Assembly: GCA_964395275.1 (NCBI GenBank)
Contig: CAYNBQ010000007.1
Location: 1-62,141 of the forward strand
Length of the DNA stretch: 62,141 nucleotides
From: an uncultured Verrucomicrobiota bacterium
GTDB taxonomy: Bacteria > Verrucomicrobiota > CALLYA01 > CAYNBQ01
Direction of reading: 5' to 3'
Numbering within the stretch: the stretch's first letter is position 1; each line of letters starts with the position of its first letter. The notes below the pieces were generated by a model. That model made no database searches. It was not told the DNA's origin and worked only from the letters and a program-made list of their open reading frames with translations. Shown piece by piece: positions 9,765 through 19,017 of the stretch. Made by a program: the position numbers and the translations under genes.

Positions 9765-10748
9765 ATGAGAAGATTCCGGACGGCGGTTCGAATCGGCTGC
9801 CTGTTGGCCGTGGGGTTGGGACTGGGCGGATGCAAACGTTCCTCGACCCGGTTCGTGGCGATCGGAACCGGGGGGATCACCGGCGTCTACTACCCCACGG
9901 GCGGCGCGATCGCGAAGATGGTGAACCGGAAGAAGGACGTCTACGGGTTGCATTGCACCGTCGAGGCGACGGGGGGATCCGTCTTCAACATCAACGCCAT
10001 CATGGCGGGCGATCTGGAGTTCGGAATCGCGCAGTCCGACCGGCAATACCAGGCGGTGCACGGGTTGGCGGAATGGTCGGACAGGGGGCCCCAGGAAAAC
10101 CTGCGTTCCGTTTTCTCGATTCATCCGGAGACGGTCTGCCTGGTCGCCGCGGACGATGCGGAGATCCGGTCGATCCAGGATCTGCGCGGAAAACGGGTCA
10201 ACATCGGCAATCCGGGGTCGGGTCAGCGGCAGAACGCGATCGACGCCCTGGAAAACGCGGGGATCGATTATCGGAAGGATCTTCGCGCCGAAGGCGTCAA
10301 GGCCTCCGAGGCGCCCGGGCTCCTTCAGGACGACCGGATCGACGCCTTCTTCTACACCGTGGGCCATCCGAGCGGCGCCATCAAGGAGGCCACGGCCGGC
10401 GTGCGCAAGGTGCATTTCGTACCGATCGTCGGGATCGACAGGCTCCTGAAGGAAAAACCCTACTACGCGGCGGCGACGATCCCCGTTTCCTTCTACCCTT
10501 CGGTGAACCAGGAGCAGGACGTTCCGACCTTCGGCGTAAAGGCCACGCTGGTGACCTCGATCCGCGTGCCGGAAGACATCGTCTACGCGATCACCCGCGA
10601 GGTTTTCGAGAACCTCGACGCCTTCCGGAAGCTTCATCCGGCCTATGCGGGGTTGACCCCCGAGAAGATGCTGGAAGGGCTCACCGCGCCGATCCATCCC
10701 GGCGCGCTGCGGTACTACCGGGAATCGGGGTTGATCCCCGCGGAGTGA
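9765..10748 (+). CDS. TRAP transporter solute receptor, TAXI family (lipoprotein)
   Basis: ORF 9720..10748 trimmed to ATG 9765 (GGGAGGAG RBS). Lipobox LGLGGC. GTGGITGVYYPTGGAIA and the C-terminal HPGALRYYRE are typical of TAXI receptors. Confidence 0.85.
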   Translation: MRRFRTAVRIGCLLAVGLGLGGCKRSSTRFVAIGTGGITGVYYPTGGAIAKMVNRKKDVYGLHCTVEATGGSVFNINAIMAGDLEFGIAQSDRQYQAVHGLAEWSDRGPQENLRSVFSIHPETVCLVAADDAEIRSIQDLRGKRVNIGNPGSGQRQNAIDALENAGIDYRKDLRAEGVKASEAPGLLQDDRIDAFFYTVGHPSGAIKEATAGVRKVHFVPIVGIDRLLKEKPYYAAATIPVSFYPSVNQEQDVPTFGVKATLVTSIRVPEDIVYAITREVFENLDAFRKLHPAYAGLTPEKMLEGLTAPIHPGALRYYRESGLIPAE

Positions 10749-10794
10749 GTCTCCCGCAGCGCGGCGCCAGGCCGATGTCCCCGGGAACGGAAGC

Positions 10795-12921
10795 ATGGAC
10801 AGCGATCTTGCCCACCGGATCGAGCGCGAACACGACGAGGCGGAACGGATTCTCGAGGAAGAGATCGTTCTGCGTCATCCCCGGGGCGCCGCGCGCTACG
10901 CGGCGCCGGCGGTCGCCGTGGCGTGGTCGCTCTTCCAGCTCTCGGTGGCGAGCTGGTGGACGCTGGATTCCATCACGGTGCGCAGCGTACACCTCGCCTT
11001 CGCGCTGCTGCTGGTCTACCTGAGTCATCCCTTCTTCCGGCGGCTCCGGCGAGGACCGTCGTGTCTCTGGACCCGCACTCGGATCCCCTGGATCGACGTC
11101 CTGCTGGGGATCGCGGCCGTCGCGGCCGCCCTGTACATCATCCTCGATTACGAAGGCATCACGACCCGCTACGGTTCGCCCCTGCCCCGGGACATCGTCG
11201 TCGGCCTGCTGCTGATCGTCCTTCTGCTGGAGGCCTGCCGCCGGTCGATCGGTCCCGCGCTCTCGGTGATCGCGACGGCCTTCTGCCTCTATTCCTTCCT
11301 CGGCTCGTGGATGCCCGGCGCCTTCGCTTTCCGCGGGGTTTCCCTGGGACGGTTCATCGGGCAGATGACGATGGCCGACCAGGGGGTCTACGGGACGCCC
11401 CTGCATATCTCGGCGCGCGTGGTCTTCCTCTTCGTCCTGTTCGGGGCGCTGCTGGAAAGGGCGGGCGCGGGACGGTTCTTCACGGAACTCGCGCTCTCGC
11501 TGCTGGGCGGATTCCGGGGCGGTCCCGCCAAGGCGGCCGTGTTGAGCAGCGGCCTGACCGGCCTGGTCTCCGGATCGAGCATCGCGAACATCGTGACGAC
11601 CGGGACCTTCACCATCCCGCTGATGAAGAAGGTCGGATATCCGCCGACCAAGGCCGCGGCCATCGAGGTGGCCGCCAGCACCGACGGCCAGCTCGCGCCT
11701 CCGATCATGGGCGCCGCGGCCTTCATCATCGCCGAATACGTGAACGTTCCGTACGTGGAGGTCATCAAGGCGGCGGCGATTCCCGCGTTCGCTTCCTACG
11801 CCGCGCTGCTCTACATCACGCACGTCGAGGCCTGCAAACTCGGCCTGGAACGGATCCCGCGCCGGGATCTGCCGAGGTTCGGCGCCGTCCTGTTGAACGG
11901 TCTCCACTACCTGATCCCGCTCGGATTCCTGATCTATCAACTGGTGATCCTGCGCCGGACCCCGGAGTCGGCCGCCTTCACCGCCTGCTGGATCACGGCG
12001 CTGCTGATGCTGGTGCAGCACCCCGTGCGACGCCTCCTGCGCAAACTCCGCGGACGGTCCCGCCGGCCTCCTTCGGCGGCCGAACCGGCCGGGGACGGCG
12101 GCGCGGAGTCCTTCGGCTACCTCGGCGATCTGAAACGCGGTGCCTCCGAGGTTCTCGCCGGCCTGGAGGCCGGCGGCCGCAACATGGTCTCCGTCGCCCT
12201 GGCGACCGCCGGGGCCGGGATCATCGTCGGCGTCGTCTCCCTGGGGCTGGGGGGGATGATCACCGAGGCGATCGACGCGATCTCCTTCGGCAGCATCCTG
12301 CTGATGCTGATCATCACGGCGATCGCAAGCCTGATCATCGGGATGGGGCTGCCGACCACGGCCACCTACATCACGATGGCCACCCTTACCGCGCCGGTGA
12401 TCGTCGGGCTCGGCGAACGGCACGGCCTGTTCGTGCCCCTGATGGCGGCGCACCTCTTCGTCTTCTATTTCGGCATCCTCGCCGACGACACCCCGCCGGT
12501 CGGTCTCGCGGCGTACGCGGCGGCGGCGATCGCCAAGTCGCCGCCGATCCCCACGGGCATCCAGGGGTTTCTCTACGACATCCGCACGGCGATCCTGCCC
12601 TTCATGTTCATTTTCAACGCCGACCTGATCCTGCACGGCGTGCGGAGCTGGCCGCTGGGCCTGCTGATCTTCGCCATGGCGTGCCTCGGCAACTTCGCCT
12701 TCGTGGCGGTCACGCAGGGCTGGTTCGTCACCTGGAACCGATGGTACGAGGCGCCGGCCTTCCTGGGGGTGACGCTGATCCTGATGCGGCCCGATCTCGT
12801 CGCGCGTCTCCTGGGGATTCCCCACGACCAGCGATACTGGACGGCGTTGCTCGGCGTCGGGCTGTTCGCCGCGATCTACGTCGAACAGAGACTCCGCAGA
12901 CATCGCACGGCCCGCGCCTAA
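10795..12921 (+). CDS. TRAP transporter fused 4TM/12TM permease (TAXI-associated)
   Basis: 708-aa polytopic membrane protein immediately downstream of the TAXI receptor. Size and hydrophobic pattern fit the fused DctQM-type permease. Confidence 0.85.
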   Translation: MDSDLAHRIEREHDEAERILEEEIVLRHPRGAARYAAPAVAVAWSLFQLSVASWWTLDSITVRSVHLAFALLLVYLSHPFFRRLRRGPSCLWTRTRIPWIDVLLGIAAVAAALYIILDYEGITTRYGSPLPRDIVVGLLLIVLLLEACRRSIGPALSVIATAFCLYSFLGSWMPGAFAFRGVSLGRFIGQMTMADQGVYGTPLHISARVVFLFVLFGALLERAGAGRFFTELALSLLGGFRGGPAKAAVLSSGLTGLVSGSSIANIVTTGTFTIPLMKKVGYPPTKAAAIEVAASTDGQLAPPIMGAAAFIIAEYVNVPYVEVIKAAAIPAFASYAALLYITHVEACKLGLERIPRRDLPRFGAVLLNGLHYLIPLGFLIYQLVILRRTPESAAFTACWITALLMLVQHPVRRLLRKLRGRSRRPPSAAEPAGDGGAESFGYLGDLKRGASEVLAGLEAGGRNMVSVALATAGAGIIVGVVSLGLGGMITEAIDAISFGSILLMLIITAIASLIIGMGLPTTATYITMATLTAPVIVGLGERHGLFVPLMAAHLFVFYFGILADDTPPVGLAAYAAAAIAKSPPIPTGIQGFLYDIRTAILPFMFIFNADLILHGVRSWPLGLLIFAMACLGNFAFVAVTQGWFVTWNRWYEAPAFLGVTLILMRPDLVARLLGIPHDQRYWTALLGVGLFAAIYVEQRLRRHRTARA

Positions 12922-12956
12922 GGGGAAGGGCGTTGGCGCTCTCCGCGTTCCCGCCC

Positions 12957-12985
12957 TTGACCTGCGGCGTTCCGGTGCGCATCAT
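12957..12985 (+). promoter_or_regulatory. Sigma70-like promoter candidate for the PEP-CTERM gene at 13022
   Basis: TTGACC-N17-CATCAT, about 37 nt upstream of the AAGGAGG RBS and ATG. This is a sequence pattern only. Confidence 0.3.
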
Positions 12986-13021
12986 CCGGGCGGCGTTCCG
13001 ACCGCCCCAAGGAGGTTTGCC

Positions 13022-13642
13022 ATGATCCGCCCGCTCCGCGTCGCCGTCGTTCTGTCGCTTCTGACCGTTGCCCTTCCCGCCGGAGCGTATGTCCTAGATC
13101 AGTACCAGGAGCTTATGGGCGGCGACACGAGCGTGATGGAGAACCGGAAGCTCGCCCAGACGTTCACGCCCGGGCTCACGGAGATCCTGGCGTTCGTCGA
13201 CATCGGGATCAGCAATGTCCACACGCCGGGGGATCTGAATGTCTCGATCACCCGGACGGTCGACGGTCTGCCCAGCCTTGCGCCCGGCGACGTGCTTGCG
13301 ACGGTCGTCGTCCCCAAGGGAGGGATCACCTCCGGCTGGGAACGGATCGACTTCGAGCAGGAGAACCTGACGCTCACCGAGGGCGACCTGTATTCGATCG
13401 TGCTGGAGGCCGGCGAGTCGGATACATGGATTCGGTGGCGATGGTACGACGACCCCGCCTCGTACGCGGGCGGCGGTCTCTATACGTACACCACGGCCGG
13501 CCAGACGACCAAGTGGTGGGAAGGTCCCGGTCCGTTCCACGATCCCGCGGACAGCGTGTTCCGGACCTACATGGTGCCGGAGCCGGGGCTGCTCGGCCTC
13601 CTCGCGATCGCCGCCGCCCGCCTCTTGCGCCGGCGGCGCTGA
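13022..13642 (+). CDS. PEP-CTERM sorting-domain protein
   Basis: AAGGAGG RBS. Signal peptide MIRPLRVAVVLSLLTVALPAGA. C-terminal VPEPGLLGLLAIAAARLLRRRR. Confidence 0.85.
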   Translation: MIRPLRVAVVLSLLTVALPAGAYVLDQYQELMGGDTSVMENRKLAQTFTPGLTEILAFVDIGISNVHTPGDLNVSITRTVDGLPSLAPGDVLATVVVPKGGITSGWERIDFEQENLTLTEGDLYSIVLEAGESDTWIRWRWYDDPASYAGGGLYTYTTAGQTTKWWEGPGPFHDPADSVFRTYMVPEPGLLGLLAIAAARLLRRRR

Positions 13643-13887
13643 ACGTCCCGGCCTCGCGCCTTCCCGGCGTTCGCCGCGACGCGGCGAGATCTCCTGCGGT
13701 CGTAGCCCTTGCCGGAGGACCCCCGCCGCTCCGCGCGACGGTCGCCATCCGGGTTCGACTATCGGTCCTTCGAAGGTGTCATCGGAGGGGCATGCGGGAA
13801 CCGAGCGCTCGAAACGGATTGACGCATGCCGGATGAGTCGGGATCCTCTGCGCGCGGCGTCGATGCATGCGCAAGGAGGCGGAAGGC

Positions 13888-15933
13888 ATGAAGGTTTCCC
13901 GGTGGATCCTTTCCTGCGCGCTGCCGGCGGCGATCCTCGCGGCGGCGGTCCGGAACGCGGATTCGGCGGTCCCGGAGCCGATTCCGGTGACCCTCTACAC
14001 GGCCGAGACGGTTCTGCAATGCCCCGTGGGGGAATCGCACGGGCAGCTCTTCAACGTGTTGGCGGCCCGCCCGCGGAACGGACTCGTGCCGGGGACCCTC
14101 TTCGCGCGGGTCGGCTTCCGCATGGCCCTCTTGCGGGAGACGGATCCGCCGGTCGATGTCAAGCTTTCCCTGTGGCGGTGGAAGGGCAGCAGGGCGCTGA
14201 CCTGGGCCGAGGAACCGATGATGGCGCGCACCGCGCGGATCGATTCGGCGGAGGCGGAATGGGTCGAGATCGAGTTGCCGGAACCCGTCACGGTGCGGGG
14301 ATCCTACCTGCTGACCTGCGAACCCCTGGCTCCGGAGGGGAGCGCGGTCGTGCTGAGCGCGTCGCTGGAAGACGACGGCGGGGAGGCCAACGACGCCTTC
14401 GTGAACGGGGAACGGGTCTTCGACCGCGAATACCAGGTGCGGCTCGCCGGCGGCACGGTGGATCGTCCCTGGACGGATCCCCGGTTCGGAGTCGGCGGGG
14501 GGGATCTCAACGGCGTCTTCCGGTTCGGATCCATCAAGACCTGGGGCGTGAACGAGAAGCTTCTGCAGGAAAATCCGAACACCCATTGCGGGATCGTCGA
14601 GGTGAACTGGGGCAACCTCCACAAGTTCATCCGGTACGACCCCACGAACGGCGTCTTTGCGGTCGACAACGTCCGGAGCCATCCGGGGTTCCGCCGCGTG
14701 CGCGAGTGGGTGACGAAATACCCCGGCCGCGTCTGGGAAATCGGCAACGAACCCGACTGGGGTCCCTATTTCCGGCCGATCGAGTATGCGAAATGGTACC
14801 ACGACTGGTACACGGAGATCAAAAGGTGGGATCCGACGGCGCGGGTGATGAACGGCGGGATCGCCTGGCCGATCTACGACAACCCGCACAAGTGGCGTTC
14901 GAAGGAACTCGTCGATTCCCCGGAGCTGGATCGCCCGTCGCTGCGGAAGTACAGCCGGGAGTTCCGCAATCACAACGCCTGGATGCTCCTGGTGATGGAC
15001 GAGTACCGCAGGATGTACGGCGAGGAGATGCCCGTGGATATCTACGCCTTCCACCCGTACAACACGCAGTACGGGACGGCCGGGGTCGCGGCGGACATCG
15101 AGAATTCGAAACGGAATTTCGTCTCCTTCCGCGAGTTCCTGGAGACGATCGGCCAGGGCCACAAACCGGCCTGGGCGACGGAATGGGGACTGCTGGCCCG
15201 GCCCGGGGCCCTGATCGGCCGGCCCTACGTCTACAAGGGGCCCGACGGATGCGGCGCCGCGTGCGCCGAGGAGGGAATGTGCTACCGGGTGGAGAAGGGG
15301 GACGAGGATGGCGACTGCTGCTGGCCCTACGCGCCCGACCCGGCGAAGGACTGTTTCACCTTCGAGGAACGGCAGACGGAGTGGAACGGCATCGCCGAGT
15401 TCATGGAGATGATTCCCTGGCTGATCGAAGGGCGGTACGCCCAGCGGTTCTCCTGGTTCATGTCGAGCGACTCGACGATCCGCCGCGGCAAGTCGGAGTA
15501 CATCTGCCCGTCGGTCTTCTTCCTTCGGCAGGACGGAGATCTCTGTCTGACGGCGAAGACCTACCGGGGATGGGCGCTGGCGTACCAGGATCGGCATCCT
15601 CCGAGGGTGGAGATCCGCAACATCCGGTTCGAGGGAGACGAGCTGGTGGTGCGGGCGCGTTCGGGAGACGGTTTCGGTCGTCCCAAACCGGGGCGCTGGG
15701 AACAGTCCGGCATCGCCGAGTACTATTACCGCTGGTACGAGTATCCCCTTTCGAGGGAATACGGCATCGACTGGGTCTGGGTCGGGGATTTGCGGGAGGA
15801 AGTCACGTTTCGCCTTCCGCGGCCGGACGTGGAGGATTTCGTGTTCGAGGTGAAGGCCGTCGACGCCGCGGGCAACGAATCCCGCGTCAAGTACCGCAGA
15901 GTACAGAACCCCATGGCGCCGATCGTTCCCTGA
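13888..15933 (+). CDS. Secreted clan GH-A (TIM-barrel) glycoside hydrolase-like protein with an unknown N-terminal domain and a C-terminal beta-sandwich
   Basis: ORF 13867..15933 trimmed to ATG 13888 (AAGGAGG upstream). It has a signal peptide. WEIGNEPDW resembles an acid/base motif and AWATEWG resembles a nucleophile motif. A Cys-rich insertion GPDGCGAACAEEGMCY...DCCWPY is present. Confidence 0.6.
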   Translation: MKVSRWILSCALPAAILAAAVRNADSAVPEPIPVTLYTAETVLQCPVGESHGQLFNVLAARPRNGLVPGTLFARVGFRMALLRETDPPVDVKLSLWRWKGSRALTWAEEPMMARTARIDSAEAEWVEIELPEPVTVRGSYLLTCEPLAPEGSAVVLSASLEDDGGEANDAFVNGERVFDREYQVRLAGGTVDRPWTDPRFGVGGGDLNGVFRFGSIKTWGVNEKLLQENPNTHCGIVEVNWGNLHKFIRYDPTNGVFAVDNVRSHPGFRRVREWVTKYPGRVWEIGNEPDWGPYFRPIEYAKWYHDWYTEIKRWDPTARVMNGGIAWPIYDNPHKWRSKELVDSPELDRPSLRKYSREFRNHNAWMLLVMDEYRRMYGEEMPVDIYAFHPYNTQYGTAGVAADIENSKRNFVSFREFLETIGQGHKPAWATEWGLLARPGALIGRPYVYKGPDGCGAACAEEGMCYRVEKGDEDGDCCWPYAPDPAKDCFTFEERQTEWNGIAEFMEMIPWLIEGRYAQRFSWFMSSDSTIRRGKSEYICPSVFFLRQDGDLCLTAKTYRGWALAYQDRHPPRVEIRNIRFEGDELVVRARSGDGFGRPKPGRWEQSGIAEYYYRWYEYPLSREYGIDWVWVGDLREEVTFRLPRPDVEDFVFEVKAVDAAGNESRVKYRRVQNPMAPIVP

Positions 15934-16009
15934 GAACGGCCGGCGGGGTCCCGCGGATTGCCGTCCGCGCGGGAATATCGCCGCGAATCCGGAAGGAGAG
16001 GGGGTCCGG

Positions 16010-18355
16010 ATGGACGAAGGAGCAAGGATTCTCGGGGTTCCGGTGCTCGTTCGGAATCCGCGGGGCGAGCCGTGGGTCGTCGGAGTCGTCGCGGAGGAAG
16101 GAACCCGGGTGTGCGCGACGGGGCGGGTCTGCGCGCGGCGGCTCGAGGGGGCGGAGTCGGTTGCGAGGATTCCCGGTGATGCCTGGACGCCGATCTTTCC
16201 GGAACCGGGGGATTACGATCGACTGCGGGCCGTTTTCGACGGGTCCGGGAACCTGTGGGTTGTCGTCTCGGAACATCGGGAGGGCGTCTCGAGAATCCTG
16301 GCGGGATGCCTTCGGACGGACAGGTCCGCGACCCGGGTTCCCTGCACCGGATGGGGCCACGTCGCCAACCCCTCGATTCTGCCCGCGGACGAGCGGGTCC
16401 GGGTGGTGTGGGAACGGCATGCCGCGGAAGGAAGTTTTCTCGAGGGAACCGATTTGTCCTTGCCGGTATCCGCGCAGGATGTCCAGGCGCCGGGGGGCCG
16501 GATCCTGACCCCCGCGGGCGCGCGCTTCTATCGACCGCAGATCGCCGCCGACGACGAGGGCGTCCTGTACGTGGCGGCGGAGGCCTACGACGGGGAACGC
16601 TACCGCCTGGTCGCCCTGGCTCTGGATCCTTGCGACGGCACGGTCCTCTCCTCGGCCGGGGTCGGGTTCGACGAACGGAACGACCTGGAACCCTCGCTCT
16701 GTTCGGCGGGCGACGGGATCCTCGCGGCGTGGGAGAACTCCCGTCCGGTCCGGGCGGGGGACCGGATGATCGGAACGATCATCCCAGCGTTCGGACACGG
16801 ATGGCGCGTGGAATCCCGGATGGGCCTGCGGCGCATCCGGTTCCGGCGGGGAGAGTGGTTCCTGGACGATGCGGATCCCGGCGATTCCAGCGCGGTCCTC
16901 CCCGGGGCGTCGGGTTCCTCCGGCGCTCCCCGCGTGACGGTCGATGCGGAGGGACGGCCGTTCGTGGCGTGGCTCTCCTGGAACCGGGATCCCCGGGGCT
17001 GGAGGATCCGGGCGGCCTTCTCGCGATCCGGGGGAGACTGGGAAGAAATTTCCCTGCCGGACCTGTTCCTGCCGCGGCGGGTCGCGCCGCCGGTCTGTCC
17101 GGGTCCCGAACCGGGGTCGCTTCTTCTGGCCGGGTTGACGGAGTCCGGTGCGAAGGACAGGGAACGGTTCGCCGTCGTCCGGGCGACGGTGCCCGAGGGG
17201 CGCGCGGCGGCGTGGATCCCGGCGGCGGCGCGGCCGGCGCGGCCGCCCGATTCCTTCCGGTTGAAACCGTCGGACCGTCCCGTCGTCCGTTGCGGCGACC
17301 GGGTGTACCGACTCTACTGGGGCGATCTGCACATGCATTCGAACCTTTCTCCCTGCAGCCTGCACGAGAAGTTCCACTGCACCGAGATCGAGGAGAAATA
17401 CCGGGTCGCCCGGGACGTGGGCGGACTCGATTTCGCCATGGTCACCGACCACGATTTCATGTCGGATCCGGCCTGGGCGCGGACGCGGCGCAGCGCCCGG
17501 CTGTTCGATCTGCCCGGCGGTTTTGCGGCGTTCCTCGGGTTCGAATGGACGGCCTCGATGCGGTCCGACGGAAGGAACCACGGGCACTACTGCGTTCTCT
17601 ACGCGGATGAAGACGGCCCCCTGCTGCGCGTCGACGATCCCGAGACGGGCGATCCGGAAGGATTGTGGCGGTCGTTGCCGCGCGGGCGGAGCCTGACGAT
17701 TCCGCATCATCCCTCCGACGCGATGCATCCGCTGAACTGGGATTTCTTCGATCCCGCCTACGTGCGGCTCGCGGAGATCTTCCAGGTCCGGGGATCCTGC
17801 GAGTTCGACGGATGCGATCTTGCCCCCGAGAACTTCGGGAGGGAGACCGTTCCGGGACGGTCGATCCAGGACGGCCTGGCCCGGGGCTACCGGTTCGGGT
17901 TCACCGGCGGCGGCGAACACGAGGGGGTGGGCGTGACGGCGGTGCTGGCCGAAGAATTGACGAGGGAATCGATCTTCGAGGCGCTGTGGAACCGCCGCGT
18001 GTACGCGACCACGGGGGCACGGTTCCTGGTGGATTTCCGGGTCGACGGCCGGATGATGGGTGCGGAATATCGTCCCGGCGGCGCCCCGACGGTGAGCGTG
18101 GAAATCCGTGCGGACGTGCCGGTGCGCGAGGTCCGCATCGTGCGGGCCGGGCGTGTCGTGCGGCGATGGGCGCGCCCCGGGGAACCCGTCCGACTCGAGT
18201 GGACCGACCGGGAAGTCTCTCCGGGGGACCTGGTTGCGGCCGGAGCCTACTACTACGCCGTGGTCGTTCTCGAAGACGGCGCGATGGGATGGACGAGCCC
18301 GGTCTTCCTCGTCGCCGATCCCGAATCCCCTCCCGTCCGCCGATCCCCTCGGTGA
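16010..18355 (+). CDS. DUF3604/PHP-like metal-dependent hydrolase with a ~430-aa N-terminal extension
   Basis: GGAAGGAG RBS. The C-terminal half carries GDLHMHSN, MVTDHD, GFEWT and TIPHHP, which are PHP-type metal ligand blocks as in DUF3604. The N-terminal half has repeated blade-like motifs (LWVVVSEH, VRVVWERH, ILAAWENS, PFVAWLSW). Confidence 0.55.
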   Translation: MDEGARILGVPVLVRNPRGEPWVVGVVAEEGTRVCATGRVCARRLEGAESVARIPGDAWTPIFPEPGDYDRLRAVFDGSGNLWVVVSEHREGVSRILAGCLRTDRSATRVPCTGWGHVANPSILPADERVRVVWERHAAEGSFLEGTDLSLPVSAQDVQAPGGRILTPAGARFYRPQIAADDEGVLYVAAEAYDGERYRLVALALDPCDGTVLSSAGVGFDERNDLEPSLCSAGDGILAAWENSRPVRAGDRMIGTIIPAFGHGWRVESRMGLRRIRFRRGEWFLDDADPGDSSAVLPGASGSSGAPRVTVDAEGRPFVAWLSWNRDPRGWRIRAAFSRSGGDWEEISLPDLFLPRRVAPPVCPGPEPGSLLLAGLTESGAKDRERFAVVRATVPEGRAAAWIPAAARPARPPDSFRLKPSDRPVVRCGDRVYRLYWGDLHMHSNLSPCSLHEKFHCTEIEEKYRVARDVGGLDFAMVTDHDFMSDPAWARTRRSARLFDLPGGFAAFLGFEWTASMRSDGRNHGHYCVLYADEDGPLLRVDDPETGDPEGLWRSLPRGRSLTIPHHPSDAMHPLNWDFFDPAYVRLAEIFQVRGSCEFDGCDLAPENFGRETVPGRSIQDGLARGYRFGFTGGGEHEGVGVTAVLAEELTRESIFEALWNRRVYATTGARFLVDFRVDGRMMGAEYRPGGAPTVSVEIRADVPVREVRIVRAGRVVRRWARPGEPVRLEWTDREVSPGDLVAAGAYYYAVVVLEDGAMGWTSPVFLVADPESPPVRRSPR

Positions 18356-18470
18356 TTCCGACGATCCCGGAGCCGTGCGGGAGACGTCCCGGGCGGCAAC
18401 CGGGGCAGGCCTCGAAGGGAATCGGGTTGCCTTGACGATCGCCGGAATTGTGCGATGTTGGAGCGGTATC

Positions 18471-18887
18471 ATGAAGAAATCCGGAGACATCCACAGAACC
18501 GTCGTCTGGGCGCTCTGCGCGCTCCTGATCGCGGCGATCGGTTCGCCGATCGAGGCGGCGTTCTGCGTGCATGCGGATTGCACGCTTCATCACCGGATCC
18601 TCGTCTCCTGCGCAGGAGACGAGGGCGGGGGATGCTGCGCTCCGGCGCCGGAGGAACCGAAGGGGGAGAAGCCGTACTGCGGTTGCTCGGTTCCGAAGGA
18701 CGGCGTTCCCGTGGGCGCCGACGACGTGCTGCCGGCGCCTGCGACGGCGAACGGCGCAACAGCCGTACTGCCGGCGGATCGCGGAGGCGCGACCGCGCCC
18801 GTCCGTCCCGCAACGTCTCCGGCCCGATCCTTCGCCGGTCCGGCGGATCTCGGACCGATTCTCTCCTGCATTCGTCTTCGGCTCTGA
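18471..18887 (+). CDS. Small exported Cys/His-rich protein leading the cus-like operon
   Basis: In-frame ATG 18471 inside ORF 18108..18887 (GGAGCGG RBS). Signal or anchor segment VVWALCALLIAAIGSPIEAA. Followed by FCVHADCTLHH...SCAGDEGGGCCAP...PYCGCSVP. Confidence 0.55.
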   Translation: MKKSGDIHRTVVWALCALLIAAIGSPIEAAFCVHADCTLHHRILVSCAGDEGGGCCAPAPEEPKGEKPYCGCSVPKDGVPVGADDVLPAPATANGATAVLPADRGGATAPVRPATSPARSFAGPADLGPILSCIRLRL

Positions 18888-19017
18888 GTCTTTTCCGTTG
18901 ATGCAGGGATCGTTCCCGGCCGGATCGGCCGGTCGCGGAACGTCGTTCGAGACCCTTGCTGCCCCGCCCGCGGGCGGGATCCGGGCGTGATGCAAACGGT
19001 CCGGAAGGGAAGAAGAA

